In this document: in pieces, positions 15,451 through 24,195 of the stretch
Layout: every line of letters starts with the position of its first letter
How positions within the stretch are numbered: position 1 is the first letter of the stretch
DNA from: a virus
Taxonomy: Duplodnaviria; Caudoviricetes
Length of the DNA: 62,037 nt
Reading direction: 5' to 3' (one strand)
Virus record (IMG/VR): IMGVR_UViG_3300044946_000086
Span: 1-62,037 of that record
Made by a program: the position numbers and the translations under genes
Notes under the pieces: generated by a model
Seen by the model: only the letters and a program-made list of their open reading frames with translations
Told to the model about the DNA's origin: nothing
The model's database searches: none

Positions 15451-17204
15451 GCAATGAAACCGACTTTTCCGACGAGCTGCCCCCTGACGACCCACCGCCT
15501 CCAGAGTCGTTCGAGACGGCTAAGCCGGTTGCGAAGGTGGCGCCAAAGCTGGAAGTCGCGCCACGACCGGATGAGCGTGACGCAGAGCCACGTCCCGAGT
15601 CGAGGATAGTGCCACGCAGCACGGCATCAGGTCGCACGCTCCCGCACAGCTTGGAGGCCGAGGAACAACTACTGTCCTGCTGCTTGCTCGACGGGGCAGA
15701 TACTATTGCGCGGTGTGCAGAGGCGCATTTGACGCCAGCAGCCTTCTTTAACCCTCACAACCGATTTATTTACGACTGGATGATGGCGGCGCCAGGCCGA
15801 GGGCTGGTCGTCGATTTTCAGATCATGGCTGACGATTTGCGGGCTCGAGGAAAGATCGAGGAGGCGGGCGGGCTAAACCATCTGCTCAAAATCTCTTCGT
15901 TTCCAGGCACGACTGCGCAAGCCTCGTATTTCATCGAGCGCGTAAAGACCACGCACACCCAGCGCGAACTCATTAAACTGGCGACAGGCGCGATCGAGGG
16001 TGCCTACACCTGTAATGGAAGCCTGACTGAGTTGCTGGCCGAGACCCAAACGCGCATAAACCAGCTTGGGCACAGCGGTCCAAATGGCGTCGGGCATAGC
16101 GTGACCGAGTTCACGGTGCCCTTGAAAGGCGACCACAGTATCCTGCTTGGTGATCGCTACCTGAATAGGGGTGATGGCGGGGTACTGGTATCGACGAGCG
16201 GCATGGGTAAAAGCTCGATGAGTATCCAGGCTGCGACGAGCTGGGCGTTGGGCCGTGATTTTTTTGGGATCAAGCCGAACGGGAAACTGAAGTCGCTGAT
16301 CGTCCAATCTGAGGACTCTGATGGTGACATTGGTGAGGTCATAGCCTCGATCCGGCACGCGATGAAACTGACGCCAGACGAACACCAACAAGTCGGTGGC
16401 AACGTCATCATCCATACCGAGCGCGTGGCTCGAGGCGCCGTGTTCATGGCTGTGCTGCGCCGGCTCATCTCCAAGCACAAGCCCGACTTGGTTTGGGTGA
16501 ACCCGCTGCAAGCGTTTATGGACGGCGATGTGACGCAGGGAAAAGACCTGTCGGCATTCTTGCGTGCTGGGCTGAACCAACTCAATGAGCCACCGACTTT
16601 CGGCTATATCATCGTCCACCACACGACCAAGCCAGCGACAGGCAAGGAGCGGGCAGACAGGCTGTGGCATGAGGTGATGTACGATATGGCTGGCGGCGCA
16701 GAAATCATCAACTGGGCGCGGTTTATTATGAGCCTGAGGGCAACCGACACTCGCGGACAATTTACGCTCGAGCTGGCTAAACGCGGGCGCAGGGCGGGGG
16801 TGACAAAGCGGGTAGATAATGGAGTTGGGTGGCGAGATGAAGTCGTCACTAGTATTCCTCTCAAGCACAGCGACGATCGCATCAGGATTGCTGGCCATGA
16901 CCACGATATGCCTGTCGTGTTCTGGGAAGGTCGAGAAGAGACGGCGGAAGAAAAGGCTGGAGCTAAGCCGAAGGCTGATAGGCCGGGCGCCCAAGAGAAA
17001 TATCCGTTTCAGGATTTCAAAGGGATTTTCCCTGCAAAGACCGAGCCAGGTGAAAGAGCCCCAGTCCTTCACCGCAAGGCACAGGGAAATTTTCAAATCT
17101 CCAACGGCAGTTTTAACGCCGTATTAAAACGGTTTGAGGCGTCTGGATTGATAGAGCGTCTTGAAGACGAAAAAGGCACGCACCGTTATCGTCTAACCGT
17201 TTAA
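15447..17204 (+). CDS. Replicative helicase: DnaB N-terminal domain fused to RepA/AAA_25 helicase and C-terminal wHTH
   Basis: LPHSLEAEEQLLSCCLLDG...FFNPHNRFIY (DnaB-N); Walker A STSGMGKSS; QSED; LVWVNPL; IIVHHTTK. Confidence 0.85.
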   Translation: MSNETDFSDELPPDDPPPPESFETAKPVAKVAPKLEVAPRPDERDAEPRPESRIVPRSTASGRTLPHSLEAEEQLLSCCLLDGADTIARCAEAHLTPAAFFNPHNRFIYDWMMAAPGRGLVVDFQIMADDLRARGKIEEAGGLNHLLKISSFPGTTAQASYFIERVKTTHTQRELIKLATGAIEGAYTCNGSLTELLAETQTRINQLGHSGPNGVGHSVTEFTVPLKGDHSILLGDRYLNRGDGGVLVSTSGMGKSSMSIQAATSWALGRDFFGIKPNGKLKSLIVQSEDSDGDIGEVIASIRHAMKLTPDEHQQVGGNVIIHTERVARGAVFMAVLRRLISKHKPDLVWVNPLQAFMDGDVTQGKDLSAFLRAGLNQLNEPPTFGYIIVHHTTKPATGKERADRLWHEVMYDMAGGAEIINWARFIMSLRATDTRGQFTLELAKRGRRAGVTKRVDNGVGWRDEVVTSIPLKHSDDRIRIAGHDHDMPVVFWEGREETAEEKAGAKPKADRPGAQEKYPFQDFKGIFPAKTEPGERAPVLHRKAQGNFQISNGSFNAVLKRFEASGLIERLEDEKGTHRYRLTV

Positions 17205-17560
17205 TCGGTGTGCGGGGCGACTTCGACTGGCGGCAAAGCTTCAGTCGGTTTCTCGGTCTGAACAGGGTCAGGCTCGGCCTCGGTAATCACGATGTCGTAG
17301 GTCTTCGTCGAATCAAAGACGATCGCCGCCTCTCGAGTGAGCCCACTCACGTTCAAAAAAATATGCTGGGCCGAAGGGTCTTCAAACATGTGGTCGTTCG
17401 GACTCTTATCGAAGCGCCGAACCACCCCAGTTCCCTGACCGTTTAGCGTCGGGTACTTCTCTTGGCGAAGACCAACACCCTCCATCACGATCTGCTTTGA
17501 GTCGCCGGATGATGCGTCAGCCGGCATTTCAGAGTCATAATAGGTGTTGGCATAGGGCAC
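17201..17560 (-). CDS. Hypothetical protein
   Basis: 119-aa ORF convergent with the helicase and coupled to the upstream gene. Confidence 0.55.
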   Translation of the reverse strand: MPYANTYYDSEMPADASSGDSKQIVMEGVGLRQEKYPTLNGQGTGVVRRFDKSPNDHMFEDPSAQHIFLNVSGLTREAAIVFDSTKTYDIVITEAEPDPVQTEKPTEALPPVEVAPHTD

Positions 17561-17757
17561 TATGATTCGGCGATAGGGGTGGGGTCAATACCAAGCGCAG
17601 CCCGACCAGCCTGAATCTTGCGCCGCTTGATAGCCGCGACACTCGCCGCCTGTGCCCGGCGCAGGGCATCCAGAGACCGGCGTTTACTCGCGCCACGTCC
17701 AAGCGATCCGAGATGCGTCATCACGCGCTTTATGTCTTCTGGAGTTGGAGGCTGCAT
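17560..17757 (-). CDS. Small basic putative DNA-binding protein
   Basis: MQPPTPEDIKRVMTHLGSLGRGASKRRS...; a TTGACG promoter just upstream implies a nearly leaderless mRNA. Confidence 0.55.
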   Translation of the reverse strand: MQPPTPEDIKRVMTHLGSLGRGASKRRSLDALRRAQAASVAAIKRRKIQAGRAALGIDPTPIAES

Positions 17758-17794
17758 TAGACAACCGTTGCGCCGCGTGGAATTGTCGTCAAGT

Positions 17795-18469
17795 TTACTC
17801 GGGTAACTCAGATTCGGCATCCTTCCCGACAGGAATCCAGCCAGCCTCCTCAAGCTCCTGAATTGTGCCAAACAATGAATCCGGTTTTTCAGTCCATGTA
17901 ACCCCTTTTTGTGCGTAGGCTTTTTTAACCTCTTCAGCCACCTTTCTGACAGGATAAATCCCACCAACTTTTAAGCAGGCGTCGATCAATATCTGGGTGT
18001 CGGCATCCGGCTTCTCATCGTCGATCGCCGTGCTTTTTTGAGCCGAAGCGAGTCGGTAGGTCTTTTCGGTTTTAATAACTTCGCCTGTCTTTAGGAGGAA
18101 TCGAAGCGAGTGAATCACAGTCCAGTGCCCGCACTTGTCACCCATCTCCTCGAGATCAGCCTGAATCTCGCCAAACCTTTTAGACCCAGTTTTAAGCGCA
18201 GTGAGCACAGACTCTTTCTTCGGCCACGTCGAACCCCATGTCTTACCAACGTAAGCCAATAATTCGCCTCCATCTTTTTCTTTGTGATAGCCGCCCTGGC
18301 CACCGATCAGCTCCCCTGATTCTGTGACCTCAAGTGCTCCTCGGTCGATCAGCACTTCCAACACATATTCAGCGAGCATAGGCGCCTTTTTTATGGCCGC
18401 TCTCGCAGCATCATGATCAGCGAATTTCTGTGCCCTAAACTTGTCTTCAAATACCTGTTTTGTGCTCAT
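17795..18469 (-). CDS. Winged-helix-like DNA-binding protein
   Basis: VLTALKTGSKRFGEI...LRFLLKTGEVIKTEKTYRL and a second wHTH-like segment. Confidence 0.55.
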   Translation of the reverse strand: MSTKQVFEDKFRAQKFADHDAARAAIKKAPMLAEYVLEVLIDRGALEVTESGELIGGQGGYHKEKDGGELLAYVGKTWGSTWPKKESVLTALKTGSKRFGEIQADLEEMGDKCGHWTVIHSLRFLLKTGEVIKTEKTYRLASAQKSTAIDDEKPDADTQILIDACLKVGGIYPVRKVAEEVKKAYAQKGVTWTEKPDSLFGTIQELEEAGWIPVGKDAESELPE

Positions 18470-18788
18470 ATATTTTTCTCCTATTTTAAACCATCATTAA
18501 TTGGTAATAATTGATGATGATGGTGCAAAGGCCGCTAGCAGAAATCAAGCCTTTTGTGTGACCATTAATTAATATACCTAATTAATTGATGATTATTTCG
18601 CAGCCTATGCAGGCCATTCCTCGATGAAACAGTGTCTATATGATCGCATTTGCTTTGCTCGGCGGGCTAATGCTACCGCCGCCCGCTCGCACAATGCGAT
18701 TATAGAAACAATTTCGAGTTCTGTCAATAGGATGGTGGTTTCAGAAAAACAAACAGATGAAAAATAACCCGAAATTTCACAGCAAAAA

Positions 18789-18976
18789 CACCCCTATCTA
18801 CCACCAAAATTTATTTCCGGCATAGGGGTGTCTGAAATCAAGGCATAGGGGTTAAAATAGGATAGGGGTGGCGTGCACGGAACCAAGGCAACGGAGGGGA
18901 AGAAGAGAGAAAGACCTTCCTCACACTCCGTCTGCTGGCCACCTACTCGGGCGAAAAGCGGGGCATAGGGGTGTCT
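18789..18976. repeat. ATAGGGGT(G) repeats (four direct, one inverted)
   Basis: Copies at 18789 (inverted), 18822, 18845, 18862 and 18965; GGCATAGGGGTGTCT occurs twice. Confidence 0.7.
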
Positions 18977-19399
18977 CCCGGCCCACCAGGCGGCTCCGGG
19001 CAGCGGAAAGCCGCTGCTCGATCGCAGTCAGAATCTTTCACGCTCGGCGAAGGAGGGTGAACCGTTGGCCGGATGGTCTCACGCTGGACGCTCAGACCGC
19101 CCGCCGTGCAACGCTGGGTGTGCTCAGGCTTGCGCGGACCGCGTGGCGGCTGTCCTGATACCCACTGGGCAAACGTCGGGCAACGTGGCGCGGCGGCGCA
19201 GTGATTCGCAACACGGTTTCCGCTGGTCTCATCACCGTTTTCTTTCACTGAGTTGCAACGACTTGCATTTGTCTCAATAGCAAAAAAGAACAATAAACTC
19301 GCAAAGTGTTGATGCTCTAAGAAATCACATTTCGGACAATAAACATTATGGGAAATATAGAAACGACTTCGTAAAACCATTTCCAACGACTTGCGTTAT

Positions 19400-19813
19400 T
19401 CACTCCACCGGCAGCTCCGATGGCTCGGCCTCGATGGCCTGCACTTTCCGTGGCGCCTTCTTGCCGCCTTTCCACTCCACTTTCTCAATCTGCCGTTTCA
19501 TCGCCTCGATGACGGCAGGTGAGTTTTCAAGCATTTCCTGCATCTTGCCGTAGGTCTCGCCGGCCACCGCAAAGGCAACGCTGCGCTGCAATGGCAGGCC
19601 AGCAGAGTAGGCGAAGATCAGTTTAACGGCGTCAATGCGCGTCCTAAAGTCCGGCTCTTCAGCCCAGTCTTTTAATGACTTATCCCATCGGCTATTCGCT
19701 GCATCCAGACAGCCCTCAATCGTTTCTTTCAGACGATCCACGAAGCCAGGATCATTTTCCCAACGCTCGCAGAGCTGGGCGGCGATGTCTCTTTTTTTAT
19801 CAATGGTTTGCAT
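19400..19813 (-). CDS. Putative terminase small subunit
   Basis: Small helical protein with PDFRTRIDAVKLIFAY oligomerisation-like motif, flanked by repeat-rich noncoding DNA. Confidence 0.55.
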   Translation of the reverse strand: MQTIDKKRDIAAQLCERWENDPGFVDRLKETIEGCLDAANSRWDKSLKDWAEEPDFRTRIDAVKLIFAYSAGLPLQRSVAFAVAGETYGKMQEMLENSPAVIEAMKRQIEKVEWKGGKKAPRKVQAIEAEPSELPVE

Positions 19814-19862
19814 GCGTCCGGGCAGGCGCGAAGTTACGCAAACCAAAACACCCTGTCAATTC

Positions 19863-19975
19863 GAGTATACCTTTTAGTTATGCTCGGAGTATACCTTTAA
19901 AGCATGCTCACCTATGAGGATTTTGGTCTGAGCATAACTTTTAAGCATAGTTGAGTATAACCTAAAGGTATGCTC
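19863..19975. repeat. Four 23-bp imperfect palindromes GAGYATA-N9-YATGCTC
   Basis: Copies at 19863-19885, 19887-19909, 19930-19952 (degenerate) and 19953-19975. Confidence 0.85.
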
Positions 19976-20007
19976 GCCTACATCCTGTGTGCAACCTACT
20001 GGCAGTG

Positions 20008-20016
20008 TTATCCACA
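20008..20016 (+). promoter_or_regulatory. Consensus DnaA box
   Basis: TTATCCACA about 30 bp from the palindrome array; a single 9-mer could be chance. Confidence 0.35.
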
Positions 20017-20126
20017 GTTTAAGTGCAAGCCACGCTTGGTGTTTGTCGCATCACATCAACGTATGCGGATACGAAAATATGTTACCTAACTTCTTAGCTT
20101 GCAGCGTCTTTGCCTTGCTGCCGCCG

Positions 20127-20155
20127 ATTATGCTTCTACTAGAGCGGCTTTAGTG
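20127..20155 (+). promoter_or_regulatory. Conserved early promoter/operator, copy 1
   Basis: ATTATGCTTCTACTAGAGCGGCTTTAGTG; 26/29 identical to 23191-23219. Confidence 0.7.
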
Positions 20156-20167
20156 TATGGTGATGGC

Positions 20168-20323
20168 ATGAAGCTTACTTTGACCGTTCGCCAAGTCCGT
20201 GCCCGCAGCTACTTATTCCAAGAGCTGATCGCGGACTACGTGCAAGCGTTTCGGAGCTCGCCGACATTTGGCGAGTGCCGGACGTTCTTCTTGTATGCGA
20301 CGCGCAAGGCTCGCTTTTACTGA
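20168..20323 (+). CDS. Hypothetical early protein
   Basis: ATG just downstream of the conserved element (MKLTLTVRQV...). Confidence 0.45.
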   Translation: MKLTLTVRQVRARSYLFQELIADYVQAFRSSPTFGECRTFFLYATRKARFY

Positions 20324-20362
20324 ACAACCACACCCGCAAGACGCGGGGCAACCACGACTAAA

Positions 20363-20623
20363 ATGAAAACTGAAACCATCGAAAGAAAAGACCCTGTTAA
20401 ATCTCTGTTACCTTGGCTTGGTGCGCTTGGTCACACGTTTTTTGTAATTGAGCCTGACGACTCGCCAAACAGCCTTTATGGAGGCTGGCGCTGTTGCTCT
20501 GAAAACGGCTGTATCGAACATGCCTTAATTGACCTAAAGCCCGGTCGCCAAGTTTGGCAGAAGATCATGAAGCGCGGTCGCTACGGGTCAATCAAGGTCA
20601 CTTATAAGGAGGTCACGCCATGA
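20363..20623 (+). CDS. Hypothetical protein
   Basis: ORF track; co-oriented with the early operon. Confidence 0.55.
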   Translation: MKTETIERKDPVKSLLPWLGALGHTFFVIEPDDSPNSLYGGWRCCSENGCIEHALIDLKPGRQVWQKIMKRGRYGSIKVTYKEVTP

Positions 20624-20934
20624 GAGAAAATTTTCCTATTTTAGGGTGGCGCAAAACCGTCAGCGAGTGCGGTAACGAATGGCATCAATGTATCGCGCCG
20701 CTCTCAGTCGTTGGGGACGTTTGGAAGATCACAAATTCCACGCGCCCAGAAAAAGAAGATATCGGTCTATATCTCTGGAACGTGCGCACAATGTTCTGGT
20801 CGCGATACAATAATAAAACCCCGCGTGGTTACGCCAAGACTCTTGAGGCGGCTAAGGCTATCGTTGAATGCGTGCTTATTAACACCGATACCTGTAATCC
20901 GCAGGAGCTTCCTAATAACTTAACTTCCGCCTAG
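20620..20934 (+). CDS. Hypothetical protein
   Basis: ATGA overlap with the previous gene. Confidence 0.6.
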   Translation: MRENFPILGWRKTVSECGNEWHQCIAPLSVVGDVWKITNSTRPEKEDIGLYLWNVRTMFWSRYNNKTPRGYAKTLEAAKAIVECVLINTDTCNPQELPNNLTSA

Positions 20935-20989
20935 TCGTGGAACTCATCCGAAACGGCGAGGAGCCGGTGAGAGCGACGGCACACACACC

Positions 20990-21337
20990 ATGAACGCACA
21001 GAACACAAAAACGACGCACACGCAGGGCCCTTGGAGATTATTGACAGCCTTGGTTCTTCCCGGTTGCTCAATTCTTATCGAAAACACGGAGGGTGATGTT
21101 GTCACTCGCCTTGGTGACACGCAACGCGGAGCCCCACTTTTGACAGAGCAAGACCATGCCAACGCACGCCTAATCGCCTCCGCGCCGGAGCTGCTGGCGG
21201 CTTTGCAGGACTTGGCCGACAGCGCAGCGCATAACTTAGAGCAAACGGGTTATCCGCACGACCAAGCTATGCTTACCCTCGCGCATATTGACGCCGCCCG
21301 CGCCGCAATCCTGAAAGCAACGGGAAGGCAGTCGTGA
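20990..21337 (+). CDS. Conserved phage protein (HTPGPW...ANARLIAAAPELL family)
   Basis: HTQGPW and ANARLIASAPELLAAL motifs. Confidence 0.75.
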   Translation: MNAQNTKTTHTQGPWRLLTALVLPGCSILIENTEGDVVTRLGDTQRGAPLLTEQDHANARLIASAPELLAALQDLADSAAHNLEQTGYPHDQAMLTLAHIDAARAAILKATGRQS

Positions 21338-21483
21338 AAACCTTTATCTTCACAGACCGCACGCCTGCCATGAACCACTTTGAGATTCAGGCAGAAACCC
21401 CCGCCGAGGCAATTCGCCGTCTTGTCGCGCTACACGGCAAGCAACCTTACCGGATCGTCAACATCATCCCATGCGCGTCCTAA
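21334..21483 (+). CDS. Small hypothetical protein (49 aa)
   Basis: GTGA overlap; MKTFIFTD...FEIQAETPAEAI. Confidence 0.45.
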   Translation: MKTFIFTDRTPAMNHFEIQAETPAEAIRRLVALHGKQPYRIVNIIPCAS

Positions 21484-22115
21484 TTGCCTGTGAATTTTCC
21501 GGTGTCGTGCGTCGTGCTTTTCGTGAGCGCGGTCACGATGCATGGAGCTGTGATTTACTGCCGAGTGAGGACTTGTCGCAATTTCATTTGCGCGGTGATG
21601 CGCTTCAATATATCCAGCCGGGAAAAGTTTTCCTGCATGGATCGACCCGCGTCTTTACCGATTGGGATTTGATTATCGCGCATCCTCCGTGCACCTATCT
21701 TTGCAATTCAGGCGTGCGATGGCTAAAGCCGGATGGACGCTTAAACGTGGAGAGGCATCAGGAAATGATGAACGCATGCGACTTATTTGCCGCGCTTTAC
21801 AGTTCAAAATGCCCGCGAGTCTGCATTGAGAATCCGATAATGCACAGCTATGCGCGGGACTATCTGCAATCGGCATGGAGCGTGCCTGTCTTCACGCAAT
21901 CAATTCAGCCTTGGCAGTTTGGTCACGGCGAGGTTAAGCGCACCTGCCTCTGGCTGCGCGGCCTGCCTGACCTGAAGCCGTCAAACATTGTCGCGGGGCG
22001 CACGGCTCGCGTGCATCGCGCTTCACCCGGCCCAGATCGCTGGAAGGAACGAAGCCGGACACTTTCAGGCATAGCCAAAGCGATGGCCGAACAATGGGGG
22101 AGCCTGCCAGTTTAA
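21471..22115 (+). CDS. Short C5 cytosine DNA methyltransferase-like protein
   Basis: VLIACEFSG (motif I variant), WDLIIAHPPC (catalytic PC), IENP and KRTCLW; no obvious target-recognition domain. Confidence 0.8.
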   Translation: MRVLIACEFSGVVRRAFRERGHDAWSCDLLPSEDLSQFHLRGDALQYIQPGKVFLHGSTRVFTDWDLIIAHPPCTYLCNSGVRWLKPDGRLNVERHQEMMNACDLFAALYSSKCPRVCIENPIMHSYARDYLQSAWSVPVFTQSIQPWQFGHGEVKRTCLWLRGLPDLKPSNIVAGRTARVHRASPGPDRWKERSRTLSGIAKAMAEQWGSLPV

Positions 22116-22191
22116 TTTTTCAGCCTAACCCCCGCAAGGGCGTCGCCGGACGTTTCCGGCAGTCGGATCAGACTCAAAACGATAACAAAAT

Positions 22192-22404
22192 ATGCAAACA
22201 TACGCTATCAGGAATCAAACAGAGCTTCGCGCCGATTTTTGGCGGGAGCATGGGCACTTAGTGTGCCGGACAAATGCGCGGGGCAACCCGCTTCCTCAGA
22301 ATCAACAGCCGACAGACACGCGGTGTGCGTTCGTCGAATACGTGGACATGCTCTGCAAGAACGGAAACATTTCCGCCAAACTCGCGGAGGTCGTCACGCT
22401 ATGA
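22192..22404 (+). CDS. Hypothetical protein
   Basis: TDTRCAFVEYVDML motif; operon context. Confidence 0.6.
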   Translation: MQTYAIRNQTELRADFWREHGHLVCRTNARGNPLPQNQQPTDTRCAFVEYVDMLCKNGNISAKLAEVVTL

Positions 22405-22916
22405 GCACACAAAAAGCAAAGTTTGAACTATTCGCCCGGCTGCAAGCCTTGGGCTTTACTTATGACGAAGCTGCGAGCCTGCGGCGTATTGAAATGACAC
22501 TTCACCGCTGGGCGGAAGCTGAATGCAATGGTGAAATTCAGCGCGAGGAACGCCTTGACGATCGAGGCTGGGATCAGGGCGATGGTAAACCGTTTCGCGT
22601 TTACGGCCAGAGCCATCAGAACCGTTACCCGATTGCAGACCGTGAAGCCGGGGCGCTGCGCAGGCTGGCCGCTATCGTCAAGGCTCGCAATAAACGCGCA
22701 ACCACCGACGAAGGCGCAAGCAACTTCGTGTTCGCCTATCATCAAGGCGATTGCCGGGGCTGCATGCTATACCTCGTTACACGCGGACAACTGCGCGAGG
22801 TGGATCGCGCCACAATTGAACGCCACTCAGGCAAGAACGCCGCTCGAAGCGAAGAAAGCCGCCTGCAATGGACTATCTCCCAATACTACAATAACGGGCT
22901 GGCAATCTGCGCCTAA
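22401..22916 (+). CDS. Conserved phage hypothetical protein
   Basis: LRRIEMTLHRWAEAECNG...YHQGDCRGCMLY. Confidence 0.65.
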   Translation: MSTQKAKFELFARLQALGFTYDEAASLRRIEMTLHRWAEAECNGEIQREERLDDRGWDQGDGKPFRVYGQSHQNRYPIADREAGALRRLAAIVKARNKRATTDEGASNFVFAYHQGDCRGCMLYLVTRGQLREVDRATIERHSGKNAARSEESRLQWTISQYYNNGLAICA

Positions 22917-22975
22917 CCTAAACCACCGCTAACCCCGCCAAAAGCTCCCGCCAAGTTGGATTTATGGCCGGCATG

Positions 22976-23140
22976 TCAGCCTTTCGCTTTGTCCATGCTC
23001 GCCAAAAGACTTCTCTCTGCCCGCAAGACCAACGCTTTTCTTGCATTCATTGACCGCGCTCTCTTCTGTGCGGGGGTATTCGCATTGCCGCCTTTAGCGC
23101 CGATCTGCGACAGGTATTTTGCGATGGGATTTCGTGCCAT
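22976..23140 (-). CDS. Small basic KGG-motif putative regulator (54 aa)
   Basis: MARNPIAKYLSQIGAKGGNANTPAQKRARSMNARK, translated by hand; divergent from the conserved promoter at 23191. Confidence 0.6.
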   Translation of the reverse strand: MARNPIAKYLSQIGAKGGNANTPAQKRARSMNARKALVLRAERSLLASMDKAKG

Positions 23141-23190
23141 ATAGTGAGCATTAGACCGGCTTTCGTAAGACGCAAGAAAAAATCTTTAAA

Positions 23191-23219
23191 ATTATGCTTG
23201 AACAAGAGCGGCTTTAGTG
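23191..23219 (+). promoter_or_regulatory. Conserved early promoter/operator, copy 2
   Basis: ATTATGCTTGAACAAGAGCGGCTTTAGTG. Confidence 0.7.
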
Positions 23220-23257
23220 ATGCGAATTGAGGACATAAACTTCTGAGGTTATAAACC

Positions 23258-23980
23258 ATGATCACAACAAAACTACTCGCATTCCACGGCAAAAAATCCG
23301 TGAAGAAAAAGTATCTGTCCAGAATCCAAGCGCACCGTAAAGCTGATGAACTCGCCAGCGGTTTTTACTGGGAAAAGAAAGGTGATCGCATGATGGGCTG
23401 CGCGGTTGGCTGCATCCTGCACAGCAACCAGCACGAAAACGCCGCGCCTGAACTCGGCATCCCGCCGATATTGGCGCGCCTGCTCGACCGACTGTTTGAA
23501 TCGCTATGGGGCCGCGACAAGGAATTTGCCAAGGCGCTACCCGAACGCTTTATCGCAGCACCAAAGCCGGGCGCTGACTTGTCGCTTGTGTGGGCAAAAT
23601 GGTGTCTCTGGATGCTGCTCGACGAAAAGGATGGCGTCATTAACTTTACGAAGCGGGAAAATTCCATCGAAGCGATCAAGGGAGTCGGCGCGCTTTACCG
23701 TCGCTGGGCAGCGGGCGATAAGCCCGCAACCAGCGAGTGGGAAAGCGCGAAAAAATTAGCCGCCGCCTACGACGACGCCGACGCCGCCGCCGCCGCCGCC
23801 TACGCCGCCTACGCCGACGCCGCCACCTACGCCGCCTACGCCGCCTACGCCGCCTACGCCGCCGCCTACGCCGCCGCCGCCGCCTACGACGCCGCCTACG
23901 CCGCCTACGATGCCGCCCGAAAGCGTCATTATCTGCTCATGGCCGATAAACTGATCAAACTCATGACCGAGGCGAAATGA
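23258..23980 (+). CDS. Phage protein with Ala/Tyr low-complexity repeat
   Basis: GCAVGC motif; GCC/TAC/GAC codon repeats at 23759-23917. Confidence 0.75.
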   Translation: MITTKLLAFHGKKSVKKKYLSRIQAHRKADELASGFYWEKKGDRMMGCAVGCILHSNQHENAAPELGIPPILARLLDRLFESLWGRDKEFAKALPERFIAAPKPGADLSLVWAKWCLWMLLDEKDGVINFTKRENSIEAIKGVGALYRRWAAGDKPATSEWESAKKLAAAYDDADAAAAAAYAAYADAATYAAYAAYAAYAAAYAAAAAYDAAYAAYDAARKRHYLLMADKLIKLMTEAK

Positions 23981-24195
23981 ACACCTCGAACAAAAACGAA
24001 GAGGCTCAACGCAGGGTAGAAGAGATGGCGTTGCGCCAGGAGCGGCGTGATAATTTCTTTCGGTGCGGCGGGTATGACCATCTGCCTGCTATGACGCCGA
24101 AACAACAGGCCGCTGAACGCACGAAGTTTGAAGATCACGCTGACTTGCTGGCGAGCCGTGAATTTGGAGAAGAGAAAGACGACGACATTTTATGA
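23977..24195 (+). CDS. Hypothetical protein
   Basis: ATGA overlaps on both sides. Confidence 0.55.
   Translation: MNTSNKNEEAQRRVEEMALRQERRDNFFRCGGYDHLPAMTPKQQAAERTKFEDHADLLASREFGEEKDDDIL

Noticed and set aside
15873-17096. 407-aa minus-strand ORF
   Set aside because: Antisense shadow of the helicase; no recognisable motifs.
18868-19386. ORFs 18868..19158 and 18943..19386
   Set aside because: Atypical composition, overlapping a repeat-rich presumed cis-acting region; probably spurious.
19863-19975. Mini-CRISPR array
   Set aside because: The repeats are adjacent (0-1 bp gaps) with only one 20-bp gap; there are no regular unique spacers and no cas operon.
23759-23917. DGR template or variable repeat
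   Set aside because: No reverse transcriptase and no second copy with adenine-specific differences; it is a simple codon repeat.
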